63,942 nucleotides of DNA, filler included, from Reticulomyxa filosa (GCA_000512085.1; 19 parts of 19 records of this genome joined end to end with filler, not necessarily neighbours in it); one strand, 5' to 3'; counted from the first letter of the whole stretch, positions 37,851-51,859 are shown. Translations and numbers: made by a program. The notes: generated from the letters alone by a model not told the origin.

Positions 37851-38099
37851 TGTAGGGTAGGTTCCAAAGTTCTAAGGAAACCAGAGCCTCTTGGGATTAA
37901 CTTTCTTTATAATACACTCACTTTTCTCTTGATTTACTCTTTTCTTTGTTTTGTTGTAATTATTTCTTATTAATTTCTTTCTTTTTACTGAAACTTGTAT
38001 TCGGAACTAATTTCCTTCGTCTACGCTTAGCCTCACTATTACTACACTCGAATCAAGTGCACAATAAAATTAACTTATCTGGACGTTAATGTTGTTACA
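37851..38099. mobile_element. 249-bp diverged member of the TG...CA element family (no matching TSD)
   Basis: Starts TGTAGGG, pyrimidine-rich core, ends ACGTTAATGTTGTTACA, similar to ACGTCAATCTATTTACA (reverse complement of the 62414 end). Confidence 0.5.
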
Positions 38100-38559
38100 A
38101 TTTGTCATAGTATTTGCTAGGCGTTTGCACACTTTTGTTGTTTAGTGTATTTATTCGATTTGCAATTTTATTGTTGCAAACATATTTAAAGAAACATAAT
38201 AAATTTTTAGTTTTGAACTGTTTCAGTTTGTAACTACATCAATCAAAAACAATTAACTCATTATATAGTACAAACAGAATGCAAGCATAACACTAGTTAT
38301 AGATACTTTTACTTATAGTACCAATCACCACCTTTTGTAGTTTTTTTTAAGACACAGAAAAAACTATGATTTTTGTAATCTATTTCTTATGAAAATATTG
38401 AACGCGAACATGAAAAAAGATTTGTAAATTTGTTGACATAGTTTCAGATTGCCATAAATTATTACAAGCTTAAATTGCCAAGACTTAAAAATGTGTATAT
38501 ACGTACAAATAAGAATATATGATTAATTAAAAGCGACAACTTAAAAAAAGTACTTTTAT

Positions 38560-40106
38560 TGTCCGCCCCAATACTGAAGAGACCAAGGGCATGTCAACTC
38601 CAGAAAAGAGCAAGTGTATGGACTGGCAATGACATCACCAGTTGAAAAGTCAATGCTGAAGAAATAGCCATAAAGTGCTTGGGTTATATTTCCACAAGAG
38701 CCTATTTCAAACGAATACACGTATTCTCAATTTGTCTTTTTTCTATTAAAAAAAACAACAAAATAAATCATACCAAAAGGATTCTGAAACATAATATAAT
38801 ATCCAACACCATTCACAAGATCCGCAGCACCAGCAGCATAAGGGCCACAGTAATCTACAATTGGATCAAATTTCTTTGTAATTTCCAAAGTCACAGGATC
38901 CACGTAAGCTAATGTAAAAGTAGAATTTCCATTTTCTTCGGCTGTACATTTTTTGTCAAAGTTGCAGTCAAAATTATAACATTTTTAAATGATTAAAAAT
39001 ATAAAAAGCAAAAAAGCGACCATACAATCAACAGTCAATCCCACCAATGCATCCAAATTGGGATTATACGTAGCAGTAAGCAATGGCCAATCTTCGTACG
39101 ATATACTTGTCACAAGTTCACCATTTAGGGCGTTAATGTAAAAATAGGTAATGTCGGTGCGCATGATGCCAGCTACCCAAATCATATTTCGTTTCGAATC
39201 GTATGCTTGTGGAGCGCCTGCGGCTAACGATAAGTCATCAATACCTATGTACTGATTCACAACTGTCAGAGAGACTGTGTTCTGAGCGACATCCCTAACC
39301 ATTCGAATCAACAGCTGGGCATCCGAATCATTTGCGTGTCCCCATATGTATCTATTTATTCCCTCCTCCTTTATTAAACATCATTTCAAGAAAATTACTG
39401 TACATTTTATTTTAACAAGTCTCCGGTGTTTGGATCTGCAAGGCAGGCTTCATTCGCACCAACAAATGATTGTAATGCCAACTGTCAATTTTTTTTTTTT
39501 TTTTTTTTGTAAGCGATATCCAAACATTTAAGTATGTATTGCAAGTTTTATAACATGCGCAATCCAAAAGACAAAAGTACCATTGGCAACATTACAGGGG
39601 TCAATACTTCCAAATTGTCCAAATCGAATGGTTGCAATCCTGTAACCAATTGAGGACCTTCTTTGGTCGCGATTTCTTCTTCGTATAAGAAATATAACAG
39701 GTTATTGATGTCGTCCAAGCATAACAATCCTTCTCCAGTGTACTGTCGGCCGTTAGACGGGATCAACGTCGTCGCACTGCCCGTTTGTGTGTTATATTGA
39801 ATCAAGGACTGCCCGCCATCACTATTTTTTTTTGGATACCACCACAAAAGTTGGAATAGTGCACATGTGCAACAGCTACAAAGTACTAAACGGATAGGAT
39901 GATCCAGCAATAGCGTATACACCAGCTCCTGCGGAAGCTGACATCTTAAAAAATGTTTCAATAGCTTGCTCACGAGAATGAAATGGGCGGCGTGGAAACG
40001 ACGGACGGTAACGACGATAGTCAAAACCCTTTCGAAATTTTCCTTCTGTTCCCAATATCCATATTGTAACCACAACAAAAAATATAAGACGCAGCAAATT
40101 CGACAT
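38560..40106 (-). CDS. Hypothetical secreted protein, multi-exon, beta-rich (propeller-like)
   Basis: Signal-peptide-like MSNLLRLIFFVVVTIWILGTEG; repeated YDSKRNMIWV / YNPNLDALVGL / LDDINNLLYF strands. Confidence 0.55.
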
Positions 40107-40950
40107 TCTTTCGAATGTTATTTACTTTTATTTCAGTATTTATTTGAAACCCCCTTTTTACTGGTATTTTAAAACTATTTGACCATTTTTTTCATGCTCA
40201 ACTTTCGTTATCAATCAAAATATGCACTATTCTTTTTTTGACATTTTTATAATTTTTTTTTATTTATATATAATTTAAAATGTAACTACATAACCATTAA
40301 AGTGAGTGAAAATCGAGTAATATTTGCGTTCATTGACTTATTTTCTGAAAAAAGAATATCTTTTTTATTTTTTGAAGTGACAAAAAAACGAAGTAGTTTT
40401 TTTATTGCTTTTAAAGTCTAACTTTGTAATTTTTAAAAGGAATTGTGTTTAGCTGTTTTTTACCTTGTAATAATAAGAATTGTTTTTTTTAATATTTATC
40501 ACAGTGGCATACTTGACATGTCGAATATATCAGCAAAATAAAATTATTAAACTTTAATGATCATTCAAAATATTTATTTTAAAAAACAGAAAAATAAAAA
40601 AGATATTGCGAACATGACAATGAATAATTTGATATATTTAATAATTAAAACAAAATGTGGTTTCTGGTAAATTAAATGTTTTTCTTATTCTTAATTTGCA
40701 TACATTATATCCAAAATGCTGAAACCCACATACAAGATACTGCAATGAACAAGAAATGTTTATATACATTTTATTTTCCCTTTAAAATAACATGTTTTCT
40801 GCTTCAATTCTTTGCTTTCTGATTTGTTTTAATTGCTTTTAGATTTTTCCAAGTCTTATCGAAATTGAAGAATGCAAATTACATATAAATTGTATCATTT
40901 TATTTTTATATAATTACAATCTTGATTATATTGAATTATACTTGTGTTAT

Positions 40951-40999
40951 TGTATGGCAAGTCCATATTATAAGTATCTGAACGTCAAGGGAACGGAGG
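40951..40999. mobile_element. Truncated copy of the 32112 element at a contig end
   Basis: TGTATGGCAAGTCCATATTATAAGTATCTGAACGTCAAGGGAACGGAGG is near-identical to 32112-32160. Confidence 0.8.
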
Positions 41000-41196
41000 N
41001 NNNNNNNNNNNNNNNNNNNNNNNNNNNNNNNNNNNNNNNNNNNTTAATTAATTAANNNNNNNNNNNNNNNNNNNNNNNNNNNNNNNNNNNNNNNNNNNNA
41101 AAAAAAAAAATATGTGCTAGTACGGCCAGAACTACTCGACTTTTGAAAAAAAAATTTTGAGTTTGGTTGTCCTTGAAGTAGCAAATAATAAAAATA

Positions 41197-42331
41197 ATGC
41201 AACAAAATGAGGATAATTATTTGCTGGTTGCCAATATCTCTCAGCATTTGACAGCCATTCTTGAAAATACTCAGCAGTTGAAAAACAGCGAAACGCGCCA
41301 GCAAGTGCTGCAGTTGTTTCAGCAAACAGCGTGTCAATTGGAAGAGGCAAACATTGAGCATGAGGCAGCAAGCCGAACGAACCCGAAGCAAAGTAAGTCA
41401 TGGAAGGACTATTTGTTCGAAGAGACATTGAACGCAGAGTGTAATGATCCGTTCATAACGAGTTTGTTGGCGGATATGGATTGTCATTGCTCGCAACTGA
41501 ACGAAGAGACACCAGTAACCGAGATGAAAGCAAAAGAAGACAAGCAATCGAACGGAGTAAAAAAGACAGCAAAGACGGAAGAAAAGCGAGACAACATGGC
41601 AGACCCCACGCCAGCATCAATGATGCCGTCATCAAATGTGGGACATTTCGGAGCATTTGCCAATCATGTGATATCGCTTGAAAAGATGGAAGAAACAAAG
41701 ATGGAAAGCAAGTCCAGTTTACCAATGGCAAGTCCAGCGACAGGAATAGGAATAGGAATAGGAATAGGAGGAGGAGGAGGAGGAGCAGCAACAAAAGCAG
41801 GAGCAGGAGTAGGAGCAGGGATCACAGCAGTCGCATCGACATCGATTGCACCGAATGTAGCCCATATAAATATTCCAGACTCCAGTATGACCATCAACAA
41901 TCATGCACGTGTTGGCATGACTACAGGCAATATAATGGGCAATAGCATGATGACGAACAACGGACAATTTATCAATCCCATTTTGGACGGAAGCAATAAC
42001 ATAATGCCAATGGTGTCGCCAATCACGTCACTGCCATTCCTCATGTCCACGCCAATGGCCATGCCCATCGATGCGAGCGTGCCGATGGCGATCCCCTTTT
42101 CCATGACCAACTTCAACATACCTTCTATTGCACCGTTTTATAGTCACATTTCGCCGACGAATTTCCTGGGAGGCTTCCACAGTATCCCCAGCTATCCAAA
42201 CATGGTGTCGGAAATTTCAAGAGAGTTCATTCCCGCCAACCCCCACCACATTCATACAAGTGATAGTCAAACAAACAATGTCCTCAATGGCAACATCATG
42301 CTTAACAACAATATTAATAATATTAATAATA

Positions 42332-42367
<36 letters not shown>

Positions 42368-43014
42368 TCAATAATATCAATAACAATAATAATAACAATA
42401 TCAACAACAATAACAATAATATCATAATTAACAGCATCAGCAATCCCAGCAATGCTGTAAACACTACGACTGTGAACAGCAATATCGGTAGCAATAACAG
42501 TGGCAACAGCGGCAGCATAGAGATACCTATGACCACGGTCACTCCTGTCCTGGCCATGATCACCAATAGCTCCAACAACAGCACAGGTAATATGAACAGC
42601 GACAGCAGAAGTAACATTGGCATTGGTATTGGCATCGGCATAAACGGTACTTTGCCACAGGGCAGTGGAACTCACGACAACAAGTTGGCGGACTCCAATC
42701 TGGGCGCCATTGCGGCAAACAACTTCAATGTGAGCGTGACAGACCTGATCCCCATCCCCACCCATGCCAACAACAACGCGGCCATGAACGCACACGCCAA
42801 TGTCATCGACATGGTTTTAGCAGGACATTTGAATGTGCAATTGCCTCCCGAGCCCACCGCCGCAGCTCTCAATCTAAGCGCGCTGGACAACATTATCCAC
42901 GCAAAGAACGAAAGTCGCGTCACTCACACGTCGAGCAGTACCAACAGCAATAACAATAAGACCATCGTCAACAATAAGAATAACAATAGTATCAATAATA
43001 ATAATAATAGTAAC

Positions 43015-43066
<52 letters not shown>

Positions 43067-46000
43067 TCAACAATATCAACAACAATAATCACAATCACAA
43101 TAATACGAACAACAATAAAAATAATCATAATGACAAGAACAAGAACAAGAACAACAACAACAACAAGAATCACTATAAAAACTACGAAAACGACCAACTG
43201 CTAAATGACAGCGACTCGAGAACAGGGGCGCAACAGCGCAAGATGCCAATGGCCAATCCGACGCGATTGCAAGCCAGCCCACTCTATAGCCGCCATGCCA
43301 ATGCGCCCACGTACGGATCCTATGCTGCTGCCGTAGGTGCCATGGGACCAGTTGCATCGAGTGCCACATCTGCCAGTGCCAGTGCTAGTGCTAGTGCTAG
43401 TGCTAGTGCTAGTGCTAGTGCTAGTGCTAGTGCCAGTGCCAATGCGAGTTCGAACACAACGTCCATGGGATATACGAACACGACACATGGCAATCGCTAT
43501 GCCTCTTCAGGCCATCAAAGTACGACGTTGGCGAATCCTTCACACCTGCAAAAACACAAAAGCAGAGAAGAGGAAACATGGTCTGCACAGAGTCCGTCGC
43601 CGCCGGGAGGAGGCGCGGGAATGTACATTATCGACTTGGAGACCAATCTTCCTCGTCCTGTGGATCCACAGATGTATTACAAGCCGGAGGATGACTCAAG
43701 CGACGACACGGATAGCGACTATTCCATGTATAGAGACAATGAGAATGGCTATAATAATAGCCATGGTTATAACTATCACCATAGTTATCACAACAACAAT
43801 AATAACAATAACAACAACAATTACAACAATAATAACAATAACAATAACAATTATAATTATAATTATAATAACAATGGAAATAATGACGATATTGGATGGA
43901 GTGTGATGAAATCGCGCGCTCAAAAACGTGTGATGCGCAAGATGACGACACGAAGAGGAGGACGTGACAGCATCGATCATTTGACCAGCGAGGCGCAGGC
44001 AGAACGACTACGACGTGCTGAAATAAAGCGGCAACAGACGCGAAAGCAAATGCAAGAGAAATTAACCCAAGAATGGCAACAAAAGGAAAAAAAACGTGTC
44101 AGCAATGAGATACAAAAGGAACAATTGATAACTGCCAAAATACTGAAAAAACAAGAAATGGCACAGAAAATACGCAAAGAACGACACGAACAAAGTCAAC
44201 AACGCGTGCAACGATACAACTTCCAAACTCAGGAAATCAAATTATTGGATCATATGATTTCATTGGAGAAGAAAGCCAAAATGGAGGAACGAATGAGGTT
44301 GGCGGAAGAAAAGAAAAAAATCGAGAACAGCAGCATCAATTAAAACTCAAAGAAAAAGAAAATATGTTGAAATTGTTGCAAGAAAAGGAAGACAATTTCA
44401 AACAAGTCAAACAAAAACAAATTGTCGAAAGACTCAAGTCCGCGGAGGAACGAAAGAAACAGCAACATATTATCAAAAAGCAAAAACATTTGACAAACAC
44501 AAAATCAAACTCACAGAGTGCTCATGACAATGACGATAACAATTCCAATTCCAATTCAAAGCAAAACAACAAAAAAAATAAATACAAAAATAAAAATAAA
44601 AACAAAAACAATAATGACAATAACAATAATAATAATAATAACAATAATTACAACAAAAATAAAAACAAAAACAAAAATAAAAATAAAAACAAAAATAAGA
44701 ATAAAAATAAAAATAGAAATAACAAAAATAATACTGATTCCAATTCGTTAAATGACAAATCCAACACTGGAGGTGATGACATTGTAGTCAATGATCTCTT
44801 TCCATCTGCCAGTGTTTCGAGTTCCCACACCTATCGACATTTGTACGGAAATGAATACAATTCAACTAAAAATCAAATGGATCAGTTACGACAACAATGG
44901 TTTCAAGAACAAAAAAGCAATGACTGGAATGGAATTCATCGATCTACTCTGGGAGTCATTCACAAGCTACACAAGTCGCTCGATCAATGGAAAGATGCAT
45001 ATTCCAATCAAACATACAAACAAAATGTTCATACCTGCTTACGTGAATTGTTAAAGCATGCCAAAAAACAACAAAATCAAAATGAAATTGAAAAAGAGAA
45101 TGTCAATGTATATTTGGATGTCTTATGTAAAGTTATTCGATCTTATGAACACTTTCATCTTAGTGTAGGTGATGATTTCAAAATTCAAAAGACATTAGCG
45201 CAAGTGATGGACACATTGTTTATTCAGTATAATACCAATCGGCACAATGCAGAATGGGTGGAAGGTCTCATTTGGGATGGTAGTATTGTTTATTTATTCA
45301 AATGGTTGGATGATGTATTAATACAACTTATTTCCAATGGAGATAAATCCATTGATGCACTGCATTTGATGTTATTGACAAATGTTTGTAATTGGATCAA
45401 GATGATTGTCGAACATTTGACCGTCCTTTCCAATCAGCCCATTGCAAATAAGTCAATAATTCATCCTACTGTTCAAAACCACCAACGCACCGATGCAGCA
45501 TTAATTATGGAGTTACTTCTGATCAAAGATATTTGTCTTTTCAAAATTATGGAAAAAATTTCACAGTTATTCCAATTAACTTCGCCTATACTTGTAAAAG
45601 ATCGATGGCAAATGCTTGCTCATTTATTGCAAATGATCAGATCCTGTGTTACCATGTTGGGTGATGTTACCAGATCGAATACGATGGATGACAATGACAA
45701 ACACCTAGTGTCGGAACAAATTCAAGAATCACATTTGGCGGGCATATTTGTCTTATTGTCGAATTTGACTATCGGAAGCGCTTCTACTTCTCCACGTGCT
45801 CATCACTTGGTTAATGATTGTAGCAGCACTCATGTTGGCACATTTTCAAATTTTAACACTTCAAATGATCACAGCCTTGGCATTATTTCCAAAATGGAAT
45901 GGATGACTGAAGAGAAAACTGATATGACCAATGAAATCTTTCGAGTGGCTGTCATGTATGGGTCTTCGGGTTATTTGCAATCATTGCAACGTATTGCTCT

Positions 46001-46535
46001 GGAATACTCACAAGAGATGTGCCATATCTTGCATTACCTTATGCCACTCCTTAGCAGAGGTTTCACATGTCAAACAAGCAAGCATATAACCTCTGGCCAT
46101 CGAAAAAATGCGGATTGCGATCGATTAAATTATACTAGCAGTGTCAATTTGTGCCAAAGTTTGATTGAGTTTATTGGAACTATTTCATGGCTAAATTCGG
46201 ATATTCAGGAAATGTTACAATGGGGTCCTAGTCCCACCGTTTTGCATCGATTAATGGATTTGCCTTTCTTTTTTTATTTGACGCACGAAGGCAATATGAC
46301 CTTGTTCCCCACTCTTATCTCTGTCATGTTCCGGAATAATGCAACCACACAACTTGTAAAAGAGGAAATGTCTCTTGCTCATTTGATGCACTTCATGCTT
46401 GCTGTTACTTCCAACACTCCCCATAATACCTTTGAGCCCAGTAAAGATGATAAGCAGAGATTACTACAAAAAAGAATTGACAAAACCTATTGGGATGATG
46501 TTTTGTCGTGGCTAAAGATCCATGAACTGTCTTAA
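41197..46535 (+). CDS. SCAPER: SCAPER-like protein (S-phase cyclin A-associated ER protein), split by an apparent frameshift at ~44311-44320
   Basis: C-terminal LQWGPSPTVLHRLMDLPFFFY..LFPTLISVMF..EEMS matches the SCAPER C-terminal block; central R/E/K coiled coil; very long Asn-rich insertions. Confidence 0.75.
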
Positions 46536-47000
46536 AAAACTAATTGTTTTTTTCTCACTTTTTTTTGTTTGCTTTTTTTTTCGTTTGTTTTCTGAGAATT
46601 CAATATTTGTGTGATACGAGGAAAAAAAATTTTGTTTTTACAAATGTTTTGGGTGTATTGTTGGAGTGACAACAAGACAAGTTATATAAAGAACAAGGGC
46701 TATCCTTGATATTCTGCAAACGATGCAATGAAAACAACTTTTGAGATGTTTGTTACAAGTTTTTTTGTAAATTGACAAAAAAAAGTGCGATCGTGTTTGC
46801 ATCGCTTCAAGATTTACGGATAAATAATAAAGTTCGTTTCAATTTTCTAAGCAATTATTTTAAGGAGTGTTTATTTTGCATTGTAACTATGACACATGTC
46901 AAGGTTTGTTAGAAATATTACATTTTAAAATTGACCGAAAAAATTATTATATGTCGATCTAATGCAGCTATCAAATTTATTTGAAAGACTGGCTTCAAAG

Positions 47001-48956
47001 CTATTGAATGACACATTTTGGTGTCAAAAATTTAACGTCATTTTGATGAAAACGAAAAGATATTATTGCGGTCCCACCACAAAAAAAAGCACTTGATAAC
47101 ACTGAAACTATAAAAAAGAGGAGTAGGTATTGACTTATTGAAAATGCTTTGGTTTTTTGTGTTAATTCCCATTTGGTGACTGTAAATTGATAGGGCTGAA
47201 ATTCGTCGTCTTTCAGTTCTTCAATTTCCTGTTGTAACCTCTTGTTATATTCTTTCACTGTATTTTTCTCAAATTTATTTTCATAAGGGACTTCAGTCAA
47301 TGTATACTGTGAAATGATTTGCTTTATATCTGTTGCGGCAATATCTTTGATAAGATAGGTCTCAATCAATTCATATCCGATTTTGCGATAATAATTTCGA
47401 GTTCCGATACCAGCAATCACACTAACACGAGTAAAACCCTTCAGAACTGCGATTTGTTCTGCTGCGATCATCAATCGACGGCCGAATCCAGTATGTTGAG
47501 TCTTGTAATCTCTATGTCGATTGTAACAACAACGTACACGAGTGAACATGCGTTTTTTTTAAACAAAAAAAAATTATATAGGAAATTCAAAACTGTGTTC
47601 GAACGTTTTCTTTGTTTCCAACAGGTTTCATTTGTCCATAAACATGTAATTCTCGGATCATAGCACAATCTTTTAATTCTGGAAACACTTCGTCTGTGAT
47701 GTTTTTGTCATGAACTAATCGCAGTCTGACAAATCCAAAAATTGTACTTTCATCTTCAGTTTCAAAAGACAAGAAATACTCGTCCCCGCCACTACTCTCA
47801 TACTTGCGAATAAATAACTTGGCATCCCCTGTCGGAGTGGTTTTGGCCCTAACTTCACGACAGCGTATACATCGACAACGAATGCCACGATTTTTGTCAT
47901 CTCGTATTCCAAATACTGTCGCAAATTAGTGATTTCGTTTCCGCCGATGATATATTGGTTGGGAATGTCTCTCACAACTCGATTCAAACGTATCCATGGA
48001 TGAACTTGTGCTTTGACATGAATCATTAACTCAATCAAATCTTTGATTTCATAAGGTTTATATTTGCCCTCGTCATACCATTTCTTGATGACGGTCCAAG
48101 GGACAATTTGGCAAGGGTACAATTTCCACTGTTTTTCATTTTTTTTTTTTTTTTTTAAAAAAAATGTCAAAACAAAGTAATTATTTGTTGGTATTGACTT
48201 TTGGACAGACCTGGTCTGCCTGCATTTCGGTTGAGTATAAGACATAATTGAACATCTGCTTATCAAGACGAATGGAAGATCCAGGCAAATCGGGCATCAG
48301 ATGAAAGTCGATTTTAAATCCAACATTTTTCAACAATCGAACACAATTGATGGCGTCTTTATTTTCGCAGCCACGATTTATCAACTTGAGTATTTTGTCG
48401 TTTGTGTGTTGAATGCCAATTTGCACACGCGTGCAGCCATATTTCCTCATTCTCCTCAATTCGTCTGCGTCAATACAATCTGGTCTTGTTTCGAGCGTTA
48501 CGCCAATGACTCTGCACTCTGCAGCTTCGTTTTTGATTCTGCAATATACAAAACAAAACAAACAAAACAAAATGGTGTGTTGTTTGTTAACACAATATAG
48601 CGCAGGTGTCCTCTCGCACTCAACTGCTCTTCTGCCAAAGACAAGGGTTCTCTTTTTTTTGGTTCAAAGAATGTGTTTGCACTGTAAAAGATATCTCGCA
48701 TGAAAGTCTCTTGATATTCGTATGGATATTCACTCCATGTGCCTCCGAGCACCAATAGCTCCACTTTGTCAATAGGGTGTCCATTTACATAATAAGCCCA
48801 CGCGCGTGCGTAGAATTGTTGAATTGGATCCCAATGATTACGGTGACCTCGACGCACTCCTGATTCTTCACTCAAATAACTTCTGGGCATGTTGGGCTCA
48901 TTTGGGCAATAGTAACAATTGTGCTTGCAACTAAACTTTTGAATTTTGTCGCCCAC
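47001..48956 (-). CDS. ELP3: Elp3 radical-SAM/acetyltransferase, 5'-partial, multi-exon, with C-terminal TM segment
   Basis: CKHNCYYCP, MPRSY, DKVELLVLGGTW, TLETRPD, GCTRVQIGIQ, HLMPDLPG, RLNRVVRDIP, CRCIRCREV, IRELHVYG, QHTGFGRRL, VIAGIGTRNYYRKIGY. Confidence 0.95.
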
Positions 48957-49132
48957 CTTTTTTGATTTATTTGTATATTTGTATATTTAGCTCTTTTTTT
49001 TATTCTTTTTTTATTTATTTAAAAAAAAAAAANNNNNNNNNNNNNNNNNNNNNNNNNNNNNNNNNNNNNNNNNNNNTTAATTAATTAANNNNNNNNNNNN
49101 NNNNNNNNNNNNNNNNNNNNNNNNNNNNNNNN

Positions 49133-49770
49133 TGCTTTGTATCAAATTCAGAAAATGGACAAGTACAAGAAATGATTGAAACAAATAAAGAAAAAGAACA
49201 AAATTATCAAATGCTTTTATTTTCTAAAAATACAGGATTATCAATTGAATATGATGAAGATAACAACAAATTTCAATTTCATCAACTATCTGTTTGTCAT
49301 AGTGTTGCACAACTTAATGGGTATGCATATGTGCGTATCAATGATGTTATCTTGTTCTTTGGTGGATATGATTATTCTACTAATCTAAAATCAGTACACA
49401 AGTATTCAATTCGAGAAAATAAATGGATTACATTTGAAAATACTTTACCCAGTCCATTATGTTATTGTGTTGCAATATTGAATGAAGAAGACAATCATAT
49501 ACACATCATTGGAGGAGAAGACGATAAAGAAATAACAGTATCAACTCATATTAAGACTAAAGTGCGTTTATGGGACCATTCACTGTTGGTAATGATTTAT
49601 GCATTTATTTATTTTGATGAAACATAAATAAATTTGATTGACAAATAATAAATAATGAACAGTCGAGAAATGAAATAAAATGTATTATTGAATATTGGAT
49701 TCGAATTTTAAAATAAAATTTGGATGGATCAATGATTTTGATAAAATTATCATGAAATACAGTAGATGAA
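49133..49770 (+). CDS. Kelch-repeat family gene or pseudogene, 3' part
   Basis: VILFFGGYDY..VHKYSIRENKWITFENTLPSPLCYCVAILNEEDNHIHIIGG; the last exon appears frameshifted. Confidence 0.7.
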
Positions 49771-51179
49771 ATAATTTTGAAGAAGCAAAATAAAATATCT
49801 GTTAACTGTCTATCTTTAAATATGGTTTTGATTTGATTTTTTTTTTTTTTTGAATTATGAAATTTATCAATTTTTTTTTAAGTATTTTCAAAATATATAA
49901 AAAATGGTCAATAAAAACAAATAACAAATTATTCAAGAAATATTTTATAAATGTTTTTTCATAAATAATAATACAATTTTTTAAATTTTTTCAATTGGAA
50001 ATTTTTTCTTTGATGCAATGTACATTTTAATTACAGATATTGTAAATAAATTTAATTAAATAAAAACTATTTAACGATTACTTATAAAATCAATTCTAAA
50101 AAATCAAAAAAGAAATTGGATATGAAAGCAATGAACACGTGGACACAATCGGATGCGAGTCAACTGATAAATGGTATATCCAGAATATGTGAATATATTT
50201 TTGCAACATAACATTGACGGTGATGCGGTATTAGACTTCAGTAAGATCGATCAATTCCATAATTTTCCTAGGCTTGCATNNNNNNNNNNNNNNNNNNNNN
50301 NNNNNNNNNNNNNNNNNNNNNNNTTAATTAATTAANNNNNNNNNNNNNNNNNNNNNNNNNNNNNNNNNNNNNNNNNNNNGGGCTCTCAAGGACACTTGAC
50401 AACATTAAAATAGAATTTAACAACAAACAAACTTAATCATTCAATGGATATACAAATACTGTATTGTTGTTGGATATTCATTGTAATAAAGAGTAGTGTG
50501 AAGTTGTTTATAGAATTGAAAAAGAAAATAAATGAAAAATCAAATGGTGATAGTTGTATCAATTATGGTTATGGTTTAATTTGTGTTTGGAGATAAATAC
50601 ATGCGAATAATAGCATATATAAAGTTTGTTTTGAATGAATTTGTTTATTCCCATTTTCCAACTTATTCATTAAAAAAGCAGGCAAAAATTTAATTGATAT
50701 GAAATATTTCAACAAACATTTGCATAAAATATTTTAAGATGACAAGTAGAGCTATTGTATTTTTCTTATAATGATACAATTACATTTATTCGTGTACGAT
50801 ATTCTACAATTGATCAAATGATTGTATTTTCATTTGATGATAAGACAGTGATTTATAGAATGTAAAATTGGGTAAAGATTTCTGATTTTGTTATTATCTA
50901 AGCAGTCTAAGATGACTACATCCCATAGATCCCCCAACATTGTCCTTCGCATAATTGCATTTGTTATTTTTATCATTTTCCAGGGAAAATCTTGGTTATT
51001 GTTATTCTTTTTTCATAAGTTTGCACTTTGGTGAAGCTATCAAAAAAAAGTATTATACTGAGTATGATTGTCATTCACAAATACCATATTATGAATGTTA
51101 TTGATTGATTTTTCATTTTTTATGTTCTTTTATGACTTTTTGTATTCAAGATTTAAATTATTGTCAAAGTCTTTTAAAT

Positions 51180-51542
51180 ATCACTTATGCTATATTGTTG
51201 TTTGCATTGTAATTGATAAAGCTTATGTGTTTTTTATCTTTTGAATACTTTAAATTACTTTTGATTCCGGTTTATCATTTAAACTAACTTGACATGTTGA
51301 TTTATATTTCATACCATTCATGAAAAAAAGATAAAAAAATTGATAACATTACTGTAATTGATTTTCCTAGCATAATCTGAAATATTTAAACTCCATAATT
51401 AATCATGTTATCATTTGCACATGAGATAATCTTGAATGTACATTTCTAGAAAAATTGCTCAGTTCTTCTTTTTTTCTTTTTTACAGTCCTCAAATGATGT
51501 AGCAATCTCGTTTCATTCTTAAGAAAAGAAAATTACTCAAAG
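51180..51542 (-). repeat. Dispersed repeat similar to 30960-31152 (decayed gene-family 5' region)
   Basis: Shared blocks GATAAAGCTT, GAATACTTTA, TTACTTTTGATT, GAGATAATCTTGAA, CTAGAAAAAT, AGCAATCTCGTTTCATTC, with a ~130-bp extra segment in this copy. Confidence 0.75.
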
Positions 51543-51859
51543 TAATTGAGAAACCAAAAACCAAAAGGAAGAAAATGATTAAGATAGAAGAAGAGAAAAG
51601 CAAAGACAGTGCAAAAATAGACTTGAAGTCAATTCTCAACGACAGTATTGCTTTACAAAATTGGATTTTACAATTGAAGTAAAAAAATATTCAATTATTG
51701 TATCTAGATAATCCGAATATGCAAGAAAAAATTCATTTGGAATTTCAATCATCAATAAAAACGCGTTTTTTCATATATCTTACTTTTTCCATTAGAATAG
51801 ATTGTGCGAAAAAAAATAAAAACGAACATGAAAAAACCTAAAAATAAGAAATTTTGCAG

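Noticed and set aside
32112-40999. One 8.9-kb LTR retrotransposon bounded by the 32112 and 40951 repeats
   Set aside because: The first copy has its own TSD on both sides and the interior holds intron-containing host genes, with no gag or pol.
44311-44363. Programmed ribosomal frameshift in the SCAPER-like gene
   Set aside because: Break follows an A7 run and one extra A restores the frame; homopolymer sequencing error is more parsimonious.
47885-47900. Programmed frameshift or editing in ELP3
   Set aside because: One more base in a T5 run restores the conserved CRCIRCREV. Similar breaks in ATG101 (~60126) and the NYN gene (~34300) are also at runs.
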